This document shows positions 48,601 through 62,900 of a stretch of DNA of 64,000 bases, in pieces. How positions within the stretch are numbered: position 1 is the first letter of the stretch; the number at the start of each line of letters is the position of its first letter. The notes below the pieces were generated by a model. That model did no database searches. It was not told where the DNA came from and saw only the letters and a program-made list of their open reading frames with translations. The position numbers and the translations under genes are program-made. This stretch comes from Nemertoderma westbladi. Lineage: Eukaryota; Animalia; Xenacoelomorpha. The DNA is taken from positions 14,625 to 78,624 of the forward strand of contig JAUCBJ010000179.1 of NCBI GenBank assembly GCA_032718475.1, written 5' to 3'.

Positions 48601-51600
48601 AAATCAGTGAAAATTCAGGGATTGTGATACAGTATTTACAGGACATGTGTTATAAGGGAAAATGTGGAAATTGTTGTAAAAATAGAACAAATCAGTAAAA
48701 ATTCAGGGATTGTGATACAGTATTTACAGGACATGTGTTATAAGCGAAAATGTGGAAATTATTGTAAAAATAGAACAAATCAGTGAAAATTCAGGGATTG
48801 TGATACAGTATTTACAGGACATGTGTTATAAGGGAAAATGTGGAAATTATTGTAAAAATAGAACAAATCAGTGAAAATTCAGGGATTGTGATACAGTATT
48901 TACAGGACATGTGTTATAAGCGAAAATGTGGAAATTATTGTAAAAATAGAACAAATCAGTGAAAATTCAGTGATTGTGATACAGTATTTACAGGACATGT
49001 GTTATAAGGGAAAATGTGGAAATTATTGTAAAAATAGAACAAATCAGTAAAAATTCAGGGATTGTGATACAGTATTTACAGGACATGTGTTATAAGGGAA
49101 AATGTGGAAATTGTTGTAAAAATAGAACAAATCAGTGAAAATTCAGGGATTGTGATACAGTATTTACAGGACATGTGTTATAAGGGAAAATGTGGAAATT
49201 GTTGTAAAAATAGAACAAATCAGTGAAAATTCAGGGATTGTGATACAGTATTTACAGGACATGTGTTATAAGGGAAAATGTGGAAATTATTGTAAAAATA
49301 GAACAAATCAGTAAAAATTCAGGGATTGTGATACAGTATTTACAGGACATGTGTTATAAGGGAAAATGTGGAAATTGTTGTAAAAATAGAACAAATCAGT
49401 GAAAATTCAGGGATTGTGATACAGTATTTACAGGACATGTGTTATAAGGGAAAATGTGGAAATTATTGTAAAAATAGAACAAATCAGTAAAAATTCAGGG
49501 ATTGTGATACAGTATTTACAGGACATGTGTTATAAGGGAAAATGTGGAAATTATTGTAAAAATAGAACAAATCAGTGAAAATTCAGGGATTGTGATACAG
49601 TATTTACAGGACATGTGTTATAAGGGAAAATGTGGAAATTATTGTAAAAATAGAACAAATCAGTGAAAATTCAGGGATTGTGATACAGTATTTACAGGAC
49701 ATGTGTTATAAGGGAAAATGTGGAAATTATTGTAAAAATAGAACAAATCAGTGAAAATTCAGGGATTGTGATACAGTATTTACAGGACATGTGTTATAAG
49801 GGAAAATGTGGAAATTATTGTAAAAATAGAACAAATCAGTGAAAATTCAGGGATTGTGATACAGTATTTACAGGACATGTGTTATAAGGGAAAATGTGGA
49901 AATTATTGTAAAAATAGAACAAATCAGTAAAAATTCAGGGATTGTGATACAGTATTTACAGGACATGTGTTATAAGCGAAAATGTGGAAATTATTGTAAA
50001 AATAGAACAAATCAGTAAAAATTCAGGGATTGTGATACAGTATTTACAGGACATGTGTTATAAGCGAAAATGTGGAAATTATTGTAAAAATAGAACAAAT
50101 CAGTGAAAATTCAGGGATTGTGATACAGTATTTACAGGACATGTGTTATAAGCGAAAATGTGGAAATTATTGTAAAAATAGAACAAATCAGTAAAAATTC
50201 AGGGATTGTGATACAGTATTTACAGGACATGTGTTATAAGGGAAAATGTGGAAATTATTGTAAAAATAGAACAAATCAGTGAAAATTCAGGGATTGTGAT
50301 ACAGTATTTACAGGACATGTGTTATAAGGGAAAATGTGGAAATTATTGTAAAAATAGAACAAATCAGTGAAAATTCAGGGATTGTGATACAGTATTTACA
50401 GGACATGTGTTATAAGGGAAAATGTGGAAATTATTGTAAAAATAGAACAAATCAGTAAAAATTCAGGGATTGTGATACAGTATTTACAGGACATGTGTTA
50501 TAAGGGAAAATGTGGAAATTGTTGTAAAAATAGAACAAATCAGTGAAAATTCAGGGATTGTGATACAGTATTTACAGGACATGTGTTATAAGGGAAAATG
50601 TGGAAATTATTGTAAAAATAGAACAAATCAGTAAAAATTCAGGGATTGTGATACAGTATTTACAGGACATGTGTTATAAGGGAAAATGTGGAAATTATTG
50701 TAAAAATAGAACAAATCAGTGAAAATTCAGGGATTGTGATACAGTATTTACAGGACATGTGTTATAAGCGAAAATGTGGAAATTATTGTAAAAATAGAAC
50801 AAATCAGTGAAAATTCAGGGATTGTGATACAGTATTTACAGGACATGTGTTATAAGGGAAAATGTGGAAATTATTGTAAAAATAGAACAAATCAGTGAAA
50901 ATTCAGGGATTGTGATACAGTATTTACAGGACATGTGTTATAAGGGAAAATGTGGAAATTATTGTAAAAATAGAACAAATCAGTGAAAATTCAGGGATTG
51001 TGATACAGTATTTACAGGACATGTGTTATAAGGGAAAATGTGGAAATTATTGTAAAAATAGAACAAATCAGTAAAAATTCAGGGATTGTGATACAGTATT
51101 TACAGGACATGTGTTATAAGGGAAAATGTGGAAATTATTGTAAAAATAGAACAAATCAGTGAAAATTCAGGGATTGTGATACAGTATTTACAGGACATGT
51201 GTTATAAGCGAAAATGTGGAAATTATTGTAAAAATAGAACAAATCAGTAAAAATTCAGGGATTGTGATACAGTATTTACAGGACATGTGTTATAAGGGAA
51301 AATGTGGAAATTGTTGTAAAAATAGAACAAATCAGTGAAAATTCAGGGATTGTGATACAGTATTTACAGGACATGTGTTATAAGGGAAAATGTGGAAATT
51401 ATTGTAAAAATAGAACAAATCAGTAAAAATTCAGGCATTGTGATACAGTATTTACAGGACATGTGTTATAAGGGAACATGTGGAAATTATTGTAAAAATA
51501 GAACAAATCAGTGAAAATTCAGGGATTGTGATACAGTATTTACAGGACATGTGTTATAAGGGAAAATGTGGAAATTATTGTAAAAATAGAACAAATCAGT

Positions 51601-54600
51601 GAAAATTCAGTGATTGTGATACAGTATTTACAGGACATGTGTTATAAGCGAAAATGTGGAAATTATTGTAAAAATAGAACAAATCAGTGAAAATTCAGGG
51701 ATTGTGATGCAGTATTTACAGGACATGTGTTATAAGCGAAAATGTGGAAATTATTGTAAAAATAGAACAAATCAGTGAAAATTCAGTGATTGTGATACAG
51801 TATTTACAGGACATGTGTTATAAGCGAAAATGTGGAAATTATTGTAAAAATAGAACAAATCAGTAAAAATTCAGGGATTGTGATACACAGTACAGGACAT
51901 GTGTTATAAGCGAAAATGTGGAAATTATTGTAAAAATAGAACAAATCAGTGAAAATTCAGGGATTGTGATACAGTATTTACAGGACATGTGTTATAAGCG
52001 AAAATGTGGAAATTATTGTAAAAATAGAACAAATCAGTGAAAATTCAGGGATTGTGATACAGTATTTACAGGACATGTGTTATAAGCGAAAATGTGGAAA
52101 TTATTGTAAAAATAGAACAAATCAGTAAAAATTCAGGGATTGTGATACAGTACAGGACATGTGTTATAAGCGAAAATGTGGAAATTATTGTAAAAATAGA
52201 ACAAATCAGTGAAAATTCAGGGATTGTGATACAGTATTTACAGGACATGTGTTATAAGCGAAAATGTGGAAATTATTGTAAAAATAGAACAAATCAGTAA
52301 AAATTCAGGGATTGTGATACAGTACAGGACATGTGTTATAAGCGAAAATGTGGAAATTATTGTAAAAATAGAACAAATCAGTGAAAATTCAGTGATTGTG
52401 ATACAGTATTTACAGGACATGTGTTATAAGGGAAAATGTGGAAATTGTTGTAAAAATAGAACAAATCAGTGAAAATTCAGGGATTGTGATACAGTATTTA
52501 CAGGACATGTGTTATAAGGGAAAATGTGGAAATTATTGTAAAAATAGAACAAATCAGTAAAAATTCAGGGATTGTGATACAGTATTTACAGGACATGTGT
52601 TATAAGGGAAAATGTGGAAATTATTGTAAAAATAGAACAAATCAGTGAAAATTCAGGGATTGTGATACAGTATTTACAGGACATGTGTTATAAGCGAAAA
52701 TGTGGAAATTATTGTAAAAATAGAACAAATCAGTGAAAATTCAGGGATTGTGATACAGTATTTACAGGACATGTGTTATAAGGGAAAATGTGGAAATTGT
52801 TGTAAAAATAGAACAAATCAGTAAAAATTCAGGGATTGTGATACAGTATTTACAGGACATGTGTTATAAGCGAAAATGTGGAAATTATTGTAAAAATAGA
52901 ACAAATCAGTGAAAATTCAGTGATTGTGATACAGTATTTACAGGACATGTGTTATAAGGGAAAATGTGGAAATTATTGTAAAAATAGAACAAATCAGTGA
53001 AAATTCAGGGATTGTGATACAGTATTTACAGGACATGTGTTATAAGGGAAAATGTGGAAATTGTTGTAAAAATAGAACAAATCAGTAAAAATTCAGGGAT
53101 TGTGATACAGTATTTACAGGACATGTGTTATAAGCGAAAATGTGGAAATTATTGTAAAAATAGAACAAATCAGTGAAAATTCAGTGATTGTGATACAGTA
53201 TTTACAGGACATGTGTTATAAGGGAAAATGTGGAAATTATTGTAAAAATAGAACAAATCAGTGAAAATTCAGGGATTGTGATACAGTATTTACAGGACAT
53301 GTGTTATAAGCGAAAATGTGGAAATTATTGTAAAAATAGAACAAATCAGTGAAAATTCAGTGATTGTGATACAGTATTTACAGGACATGTGTTATAAGGG
53401 AAAATGTGGAAATTATTGTAAAAATAGAACAAATCAGTAAAAATTCAGGGATTGTGATACAGTATTTACAGGACATGTGTTATAAGGGAAAATGTGGAAA
53501 TTGTTGTAAAAATAGAACAAATCAGTGAAAATTCAGGGATTGTGATACAGTATTTACAGGACATGTGTTATAAGGGAAAATGTGGAAATTGTTGTAAAAA
53601 TAGAACAAATCAGTGAAAATTCAGGGATTGTGATACAGTATTTACAGGACATGTGTTATAAGGGAAAATGTGGAAATTATTGTAAAAATAGAACAAATCA
53701 GTAAAAATTCAGGGATTGTGATACAGTATTTACAGGACATGTGTTATAAGGGAAAATGTGGAAATTGTTGTAAAAATAGAACAAATCAGTGAAAATTCAG
53801 GGATTGTGATACAGTATTTACAGGACATGTGTTATAAGGGAAAATGTGGAAATTATTGTAAAAATAGAACAAATCAGTAAAAATTCAGGGATTGTGATAC
53901 AGTATTTACAGGACATGTGTTATAAGGGAAAATGTGGAAATTATTGTAAAAATAGAACAAATCAGTGAAAATTCAGGGATTGTGATACAGTATTTACAGG
54001 ACATGTGTTATAAGGGAAAATGTGGAAATTATTGTAAAAATAGAACAAATCAGTGAACATTCAGGGATTGTGATACAGTATTTACAGGACATGTGTTATA
54101 AGGGAAAATGTGGAAATTATTGTAAAAATAGAACAAATCAGTGAAAATTCAGGGATTGTGATACAGTATTTACAGGACATGTGTTATAAGGGAAAATGTG
54201 GAAATTATTGTAAAAATAGAACAAATCAGTGAAAATTCAGGGATTGTGATACAGTATTTACAGGACATGTGTTATAAGGGAAAATGTGGAAATTATTGTA
54301 AAAATAGAACAAATCAGTAAAAATTCAGGGATTGTGATACAGTATTTACAGGAGATGTGTTATAAGGGAAAATGTGGAAATTATTGTAAAAATAGAACAA
54401 ATCAGTGAAAATTCAGGGATTGTGATACAGTATTTACAGGACATGTGTTATAAGCGAAAATGTGGAAATTATTGTAAAAATAGAACAAATCAGTAAAAAT
54501 TCAGGGATTGTGATACAGTATTTACAGGACATGTGTTATAAGCGAAAATGTGGAAATTATTGTAAAAATAGAACAAATCAGTGAAAATTCAGGGATTGTG

Positions 54601-54994
54601 ATACAGTATTTACAGGACATGTGTTATAAGCGAAAATGTGGAAATTATTGTAAAAATAGAACAAATCAGTGAAAATTCAGGGATTGTGATACAGTATTTA
54701 CAGGACATGTGTTATAAGCGAAAAATGTGGAAATATTTTCTCTGCTCGCTTCCCTCGCCATTCTATATATTATAAGTGCACTAGGGATGCACACTGCACA
54801 GAGCTCCGTATTATAACTTCACTATATCAAACTTATGTAAAATCGATTTGATATAGTTATACAGTATACTGTTAGATATATAATAATTAAGAAAACAACG
54901 TCATAAAAGAAAAGTTAAAATTATTGAAGGTGGGTGGGGGGGGGGCATCTCAGCTTCATTCCCCTGGGCGCCAGAAGGGCTCGCTACGCCTCTG
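45601..54994. mobile_element. Non-autonomous hAT-type element filled by a satellite
   Basis: TIRs CAGAGGCATAGCGA / TCGCTACGCCTCTG (1 mismatch); 8-bp TSD CGAAACTG at 45593-45600 and 54995-55002. Confidence 0.88.
45675..54733. repeat. 88-bp satellite array, about 103 monomers
   Basis: Monomer GAAAATGTGGAAATTATTGTAAAAATAGAACAAATCAGTGAAAATTCAGGGATTGTGATACAGTATTTACAGGACATGTGTTATAAGC. Confidence 0.98.
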
Positions 54995-55868
54995 CGAAAC
55001 TGATATACTGTACCTGCGAACCAATCTACAGTTTAGGACACCTACTACAGATCTAGGCCTTATCATTAGATGAAGATTGATTATTAGAGATGATTATTAG
55101 ATGATTATTAGAAGATTATTAGATAAGAAGAATGACAAAGTAGGCCTACGCTTTCCAAAAATGTTTACCTGCAAGCTGCAAATACCTTTCTTCATTATAG
55201 GTAAGAAAGGGAGGGGAGACTTTGGATTTCCTCCAGTGTTTCGTGTTTCACGTACTGTGCACAGATCAATTTTCTTTGATTTTGCAAATTTTCCTTAGTA
55301 TTTTAATAATTAAACATGAAATAGCCCGGTAGGTTGATTACTATCCATCAATGTTAAATCACTTAAATGGAAGAATTCAATAATTCGGTGCAATAATTCT
55401 GTCAGCAGGCTGATTGGTTGTTCTGGATACTGAAAAATACATGTCTTTGAATTACAGTATGAAACTGCTGTAATACGCGCCAGAGTATGTCCCTAGCCAC
55501 CTGCTGTGCGCAGCAAACTTCACCCTCAAGAAAGCTTCGCCGGCGTCCAATATTCGCCACATTAATTAATACAATTGCCTACTACAGTAGCTACTAATTA
55601 TCTAGCTGATTATGAAACTGTAACCTGCTCTATGACTCCTGTTTATTGTTTTGGTTAGAATTACATGCCACTGCACCCTGCTCATATCCCATAATTGATA
55701 AATAACGTACGAAGATTGCACCCAACCATAAATCGGCTATATGCACCCCACATCCCGGCCCCGTCAAATACCACAGAGGATAGATTTCAATGCCAAAACA
55801 TGACAGAGAGGAAAGGCAGTAAATAATGGGTGACTACAAAACAAAGACCCAAGACCCAAATAATAAAG

Positions 55869-56178
55869 ACCTGCATAATATTGTAACATGTGTGAACTTT
55901 CGTTTATTGTTTTGGTTCCCCCATCACGCCTGTGTAAGCTGCTCCTTTACTTACCTGCTCCTTTAAATGGCAATGGCACCTAACGCTCTTTCGGACCTGT
56001 ACAAAACAAAGAGGTAAAGTCGCGTTACGTCCCAAAGGGCGTTAGATCCCATTCCCATAGAGCGTTAGGCCCCATTGCCTTTTACAGGAGCAGGTTAGTA
56101 AAGGAGCAGGTTACAGAGGCGTGTTGGGGAAACCAAAACAATAAACGAAAGTTAACACATGTTACAAGATTATGCAGG
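55869..56178. mobile_element. Palindromic MITE with about 120-bp inverted arms
   Basis: ACCTGCATAAT..TGTAACATGTGT.AACTTTCGTTTATTGTTTTGG is mirrored at 56058-56178. Confidence 0.75.
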
Positions 56179-56256
56179 TTATTTAATTAGGTCTTTGGTA
56201 TTTGTTTTGTACTCACCCGTAAATAATAATAAATAGTAAATAAAGTTGTATCTTAC

Positions 56257-56411
56257 CTTTCGGTTTGCACCAGGGAATATCATCCCTAAGGTGAATACTC
56301 CCAGGGTTGGACCTCCAGTTATAGATAATAAAGCAATTGCAGTTTGTAAAACAGAACCGAGTAGATAAGCAATGGAAGCAACCCCGACAACTAACGCACC
56401 ATAAAACATAG
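56257..56411 (-). CDS. SLC5 symporter exon
   Basis: AMFYGALVVGVASIAYLLGSVLQTAIALLSITGGPTLGVFTLGMIFPGANRK|gtaaga. Confidence 0.92.
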
Positions 56412-56513
56412 CTACATTGAAAATTAAGGTTTTCGGTAATTATACCATATATTCAATTGATTAAATTCCGGGGTTTTCACTTGTATTAATTTAATTATAA
56501 AAATCGAACTCAC

Positions 56514-56623
56514 CTAACAATTTTGATATTATAGTAGCCATTCTTTCGTTCATTGTCTTGTATGGTTTGATTAAATCCTCCAGAGTAACCGCTGAGAGAG
56601 CGTTTAGTGCTGAACTAATGGAG
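56514..56623 (-). CDS. SLC5 symporter exon
   Basis: SISSALNALSAVTLEDLIKP...ISKLL|gtgagt; conserved sodium:solute symporter family motif. Confidence 0.92.
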
Positions 56624-56749
56624 CTGAAAGTGTAAAAGTCAACCAATAGATAAAACAATAATTATAATATTTAGAATTATATTTGATTTAAATGGTAGGT
56701 GCGATCAATAGGCCTATGTACACGAGTGGGGTCATCGTGCAGCAAAAGC

Positions 56750-56888
56750 TGCAAGCCATCTCAGCGAACAATTATAATTATACTATGGCTAGTTATATAT
56801 TGGCTTCCGATACACATACACACACCCCCACACCCCCTTTCAGAAAACGGCCATAGTATAATTATAAGAGTTCGCTGATGGCTCGCAG
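56750..56888. mobile_element. Small palindromic MITE-like element
   Basis: GCCATC.CAGCGAAC..TTATAATTATACTATGGC is mirrored by GCCATAGTATAATTATAA..GTTCGCTGATGGC. Confidence 0.6.
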
Positions 56889-57104
56889 TTTTGACTCGCC
56901 CCACAACAAGCTTTGTTATTGGTAAGTATGCATACCGAACTGTAATTTATTTACAGTTAGCTGTTAGCCACATGTCATTAAATGTGTTTTTTATCACAAT
57001 TATTATTATTAGAATAGGAGAAACATCCGACATTGACAATGTCTATGATTATTAATACCGGTATCTACCAATATGTTAGGCCTATTTCTCAACCCAAAAT
57101 TTAC

Positions 57105-57323
57105 CTTAGTGCACCACTGAAAATTGCTGCGACAAATAATCCTGGAACACCAGGGTAATCACCAAGTATTTCCATGACCATATAAGGCAATAGTTGATCT
57201 GATCGTTTTATATATCCTGCTGTTTTGGGGTCACAGTCATAGTACAAAGCATATGCTATCAAACCGCAAAATGAAACGGTGGCATAAACTAGGAATAGTC
57301 CTGGTATGTTAAGTAAAACTGAC
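57105..57323 (-). CDS. SLC5 symporter exon (upstream exons presumably beyond the window end)
   Basis: SVLLNIPG...CGLIAYALYYDCDPKTAGYIKRSDQLLPYMVMEILGDYPGVPGLFVAAIFSGAL, typical of the SLC5A5/6/8/12 group. Confidence 0.93.
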
Positions 57324-57491
57324 CTGCAAAAGATATAAAACCCTAAATATGGTTTATAAGGAAAAACCTATTGATTAATGAATTTAAACGCTCTTAATAA
57401 TTATTAAGAGCGATCTTAATAATTATTAAGAGCGATCTTAATAATTATTAAGAGCGATCTTAATAATTATGTATAGCGCTCTTTTAACTTA

Positions 57492-58219
57492 CTACTACTA
57501 CTAGGTCGAGCGAGCTCGGACAGTGGAAATGAGATCCTTCCAGGCTTCCCAATTCTCCATAGTTGTCGCAATTTCGTTTCTCCCAAGTTCAGTATCCCTT
57601 TCAAGTTGATCTATATATGTTATGGCAGGTCGTCCACGACTACGCTTTCCATGAGTTGGTTGCCAGAGAAGTAGATCTGGTATGACCTCGTCTTTACTTC
57701 GCCAGCAGTGCCCACTGAATCTTAATCTGCGTTCACGGAGGGTGGTTGATACAGGTGGTATTGTACCATAAAGCTCGGCGTTTGTCATGTGTTGTCTCCA
57801 GCTGATGTTTAGGGCTGCCCTTAGTAGTCTTGTGTAGCAACCATCAATTCGTTGTTCAAGTGATTTAGTCAGTGTCCAGGTCTCACCGCCGTATAAAAAT
57901 ACACTTTCCACTGTGGCTCGAAAGAACTTAGTCTTCAGGTGCCTGGAGAGATCTGATTTCCAGATGGTATCCATTTTTGATAGAGCTACCCAAGCCTTTG
58001 CTCTCCTAACTTCTATGTCCTTTTTGCTACTCTCTATCCATGATCCAAGGTACTGGAAGTCATCGACCTTCCTTAGTTGATTATTATCAATGGTTGTCAA
58101 GTTTCCATCAACATTAAAGGTCATGAATTCGGTCTTGGTAGCATTTATATGCAATCCAACCTCCTTAGCAGCCCTCTCCACTTTATTTAGTAGAAGCTGT
58201 GCATCTGCTAGCGTATTAG
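57492..58219 (-). mobile_element. 5'-truncated RTE-clade LINE
   Basis: GLHINATKTEFM, DDFQYLGS, FFRATVESVFLYGGETW, RRLRFSGHCWR; (TAG)n tail; 12-bp TSD TCTTTTAACTTA at 57480-57491 and 58220-58231. Confidence 0.92.
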
Positions 58220-58299
58220 TCTTTTAACTTAAAACGGGTTTAAGGATGAAAGAAATCAGTATCTAAATAGTGTGAATGTTTAAATGCACCAATAATAAT

Positions 58300-59920
58300 A
58301 TATATAGTTATAGTTATAGTTACTATATACATTATAACAATATATAGTTACTATATACATTATAACAATATATAGTTACTATATACATTATAACAATATA
58401 TAGTTACTATATACATTATAATAATATATACCGGTAGTTACTATTGTTACTATATACATTATAACAATATATAGTTACTATATACATTATAATAATATAT
58501 AGTTACTATATACATTATAATAATATATAGTTACTGTATACATTATAACAATACATAGTTACTATAAATATACATTATAATAATATATAGTTAATATATA
58601 CATTATAATAATATATACCGGTAGTTACTATAGTTACTATATACATTATAATAATATATAGTTACTATATACATTATAATAATATATAGTTAATATATAC
58701 ATTATAATAATATATAGTTACTATATACATTATAATAATATATAGTTAATATATGCATTATAATAATATATAGTTACTGTATACATTATAACAATACATA
58801 GTTACTATATACATTATAATAATATATAGTTAATATATACATTATAATAATATATACCGGTAGTTACTATAGTTACTATATACATTATAATAATATATAG
58901 TTACTATATACATTATAACAATATATAGTTAATATATGCATTATAATAATATATAGTTAATATATACATTATAACAATATATAGTTACTATATTTTTTTT
59001 TTTAACGGTTAAACTTAAATATATATTATGAATATCCATAGTAAATTTACATTGTAAACTGCACAAGTTGTTTATTAAATAGCCTAAATAATTAATCTAT
59101 ATTATTTAACCTATCTAAAGTCACAAACTAAGTGACTACGAGATCGGTTAATACCGATCGGGTAGATCGGAGCCCCGCAACCCCGCACCGTCCCCAAAGC
59201 CCAGTGCCCGCCATGGGCGCCGCCCACCACGCAGGCAGAGGGAGTTGGCAGAGGGAGTATAGTATAGTTACTATATACATTATAACAATATATAGTTAAT
59301 ATATACATTATAATAATATATACCGCGGTAGTTACTATTGTTACTATATACATTATAATAATATATAGATACTATATACATTATAATAATATATAGTTAC
59401 TATATACATTATTATAATATATAGTTAATATATACATTATAATAATATATACCGGTAGTTACTATAGTTACTATATACATTATAATAATATATAGTTACT
59501 ATATACATTATAATAATATATAGTTAATATATACATTATAATAATATATAGTTACTATATACATTATAATAATATATAGTTACTATATACATTATAACAA
59601 TATATAGTTAATATATGCATTATAATAATATATAGTTAATATATACATTATAACAATATATAGTTACTATATACATTATAACAATATATAGTTAATATAT
59701 GCATTATAATAATATATACCGCGGTAGTTACTATTGTTACTATATACATTATAATAATATATAGATACTATATACATTATAATAATATATAGTTACTATA
59801 TACATTATAACAATATATAGTTAATATAAGCATTATAATAATATATAGTTACTATATACATTATAATAATATATTGTTACTATATACATTATAATAATAT
59901 ATAGTTAATATATACATTAT
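58300..59920. repeat. AT-rich minisatellite, unit about 28 bp
   Basis: Unit TATATAGTTACTATATACATTATAATAA with variants. Confidence 0.95.
58993..59257 (-). mobile_element. Short poly(A)-tailed retroposed insertion in the minisatellite
   Basis: T tract at the left end, GC-rich 5' part, flanked on both sides by TATAGTTACTATA. Confidence 0.55.
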
Positions 59921-62900
59921 TGTGACGGGACTGGTGGAGTTGACAGTCTCAATCCCGACCGGTATAGGTTGTACGCGTCGCTCTGTCGCTGGGCTGCTGG
60001 GCTCGACTGGATAATAACTTTGGCCGAAAGCCGATGGAAAACAATATAGTTCGTTGTTTCTCAGTGTTAATAATCACAGTGATGATAGCACAGTCAGACT
60101 GGTAAATTACAAAGATATTATATGACAGTGTACTAAAGCGACAATATAAATCACGACGGTCTAAAACTACGCCAGTTCGCAACCGTGAGGAAATCAACTG
60201 ACCGGAAATCAGTAATTAGAATGATTATATAATTGACACATATTGGTTTCAGCCCTACGCTACTGTGTGGCCTCTGGTACCCAATGGATGCGTTATCCTA
60301 TCCTCCCAATCTACTTCCTTGCCAGCTATTGGCTTAACTATTAATTCTCGCCTCACCACTCCCTGTTGGTGTTACCCCTGCTGCTAGCCTCACTAGCTGG
60401 TTTGTCCCTCTGAGGTGGTTTAACCTCTCACCTCTCTCTGTGGCTTATGGCGTGTATCGCCCCCTCCCCCCCCCCCCCCCCCAGTTGGTTATGAGGCAAG
60501 ATGATTATTGGTAATCTCGCATCGCCAACTATATTGGTAAAATGCCACTGGTCCCATTTTGGGTGGGTAATGAAGGGAATTTAATCCGCTTAAACTCCCC
60601 CCCATGCTATCTTCCCGGTGAGAAGATAGCATCAACCTCAAGTGCGCTTCAATTCCGCTGGAATCCAATCTAATATTGGATGTGGGGTGGAGTTTTCTAT
60701 CTCTTCTCGGAGTCTTCTTTTTCCTCATACTCTCATTCTCAAACCCGTCCCTGCTGCCACTCTCCGCACTCTCATCGGGTCCCATGCATGTGTACATCAT
60801 GTCAGTGAGATCCGTCTAAAGTCTCGTCCTGCTGTTCTAGTCATTAGTCCCGTTGACTCAGCATATGTAAGTTACTGTACATTGGTACGTCGTTCCATAC
60901 GTTAGTATGTATGTATTGTACATTTTGTACCCATCAGACGTACGTAATTGGTTAGTGGGTATGTATGGTCCCATTGACCCGGCGTATGTAAATTACTGTA
61001 CGTTGGTACGTCATACCATACGTTAGTGCATATGTATTGTACATTTTGTACCCATCAGACGTACGTAATTGGTTAGTGCGTATGTATGGTCCCATTGACC
61101 CAGCGTATGTAAATTACTGTACGTTGGTACGTCGTACCATACGTTAGTATGTATGTATTGTACATTTTGTACCCATCAGACATACATAATTGGAAAGTGT
61201 GTATGTATGGTCCCATTGACCCGGCGTTAATAAATTACTGTACGTTGGTACGTCATACCATACGTTAGTGCGTATGTATTGTACATTTTTGTACCCATCA
61301 GATGTACGTAATTGTAACTAATCCTATTATTTCTTTATATATATTATTTTATTTTTATTTATTTTGTGGGAAGGGTGGCCCTCATTCCCACCCCCCTCAG
61401 TCCAACTTATTGGACGACTCAACATTCTAAGGGCGATTCTTGCAGCAGGCAACTCTCCCACTGCCCCCTGTAGGTCCTCTTACTCTTTGTCCCACTCTCC
61501 CTGTCAGTTCCAACTCTCTTGGATCTGACCTTCTTGTCAGTTCCAACTCTCTTGGATCTGACCTTCCTGTCAGTTCCAACTCTCTTGGATCTGACCTTCC
61601 CTTCTCCTCCACCCTAAAATCGTGTCTCTCCTCCGCCCCACAGAACTCCTCATTGTTGTCCCCTAGCGGCAAAATGCCACCCTTCATCTCATCATTACTT
61701 GGTGGTAGAATACTGCCCTTCATGTCATCCTCACTGGTATATGCCACCTCTGCTGGCCTCCCCCTCAATATGTGCTCTGGCGTTAAAGTCCTGATGACCC
61801 TCGGTCATCCTTCGGTACGCATAATGGCTTACCATTTAATGCCCCCTCGCACTTTGCCAGCTCAGTGTGCGTGTACAACACGTCTCCTCCAACTTTCCTG
61901 CCTCCTTTGTCACGCTTCATCATCGGCTTCTCCGCCATCGGTCTAATCCTCCCACATCCTCTCCCTTTCCACCTTGACTTCTTATTCAACCTCCTCCCCA
62001 TCGGTATGCTTCTCAACTGGAGCAGCGTCTGTTCTGGACATCTCTCCGGATATCTCGCTGTCCACTCTACTCCATCTTCATACCGATACTCGCCAGGAAC
62101 ATCTATGTTCCATCCCATTGTCTCTAGGTCCTCTGCGTCGAACCCATTCTCCTCCGCCCACTCTCTTGCTGTTGTTTCTCCTCCTGACTCATCTATCGGC
62201 GGTATTTCTCTGGACTTATCCTCCACCCTTTCATCACGCTCCACTATGCATGGTTCCAGATCCATACCCATCCCCGACTCCTGGTGTCCACCCTCGGGCC
62301 GCTTCCCATATGGGACCTCCCCATCGCCCGTCTTTGGTTTCTCCTCTGCTCCTTCGTCCTCCATTTCTCTCATTGTGCCCGCGAACATGCACCCTGAGGA
62401 TTCCGACACGCTAAACGGAATTCTAGTCTTGATTGGGCCGCTGAGTGTCCATCCAAATGGCGTGAGAATCGCCATCGGTTCTCGCTCCCTATCCTCTCCG
62501 ATAATGGTCCGTAGTCTCTCGTGGGCCATTGGGCAGTCCATGCCGACTATCAGAGATACTTTCGGGACGTCCAGTTCAGGCACGGAGAAATCGATATCAT
62601 CCAGGAACCGGTATTGCTCGACCTCGATCTTTGTGGGCCGCCTGGGGTTTATATTAATCGATTCTATTATGGTCGCCCCATAATCGCACCCTGGTGTTAT
62701 CACTGATATTTTGCAACGCCCCGTTCTCATCTTCAAGACCTTGTCTTTACTCGAGATAGAACCGACATCTTGCTTGGCCTCGTTCGTAGCCCTATCTTTT
62801 CGGCCACCCAACCCTCCATTAGGGTGAACACTGCTCCACTATCAACCAACATTAGTGTTGTGACCGATAGCCCGTCCTCTCGTATTATTCTCACTGGTAC

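Noticed and set aside
32838-52472. Repeated small ORFs in the 95-bp and 88-bp arrays
   Set aside because: They arise from satellite variants that remove stops; monomer lengths are not multiples of 3.
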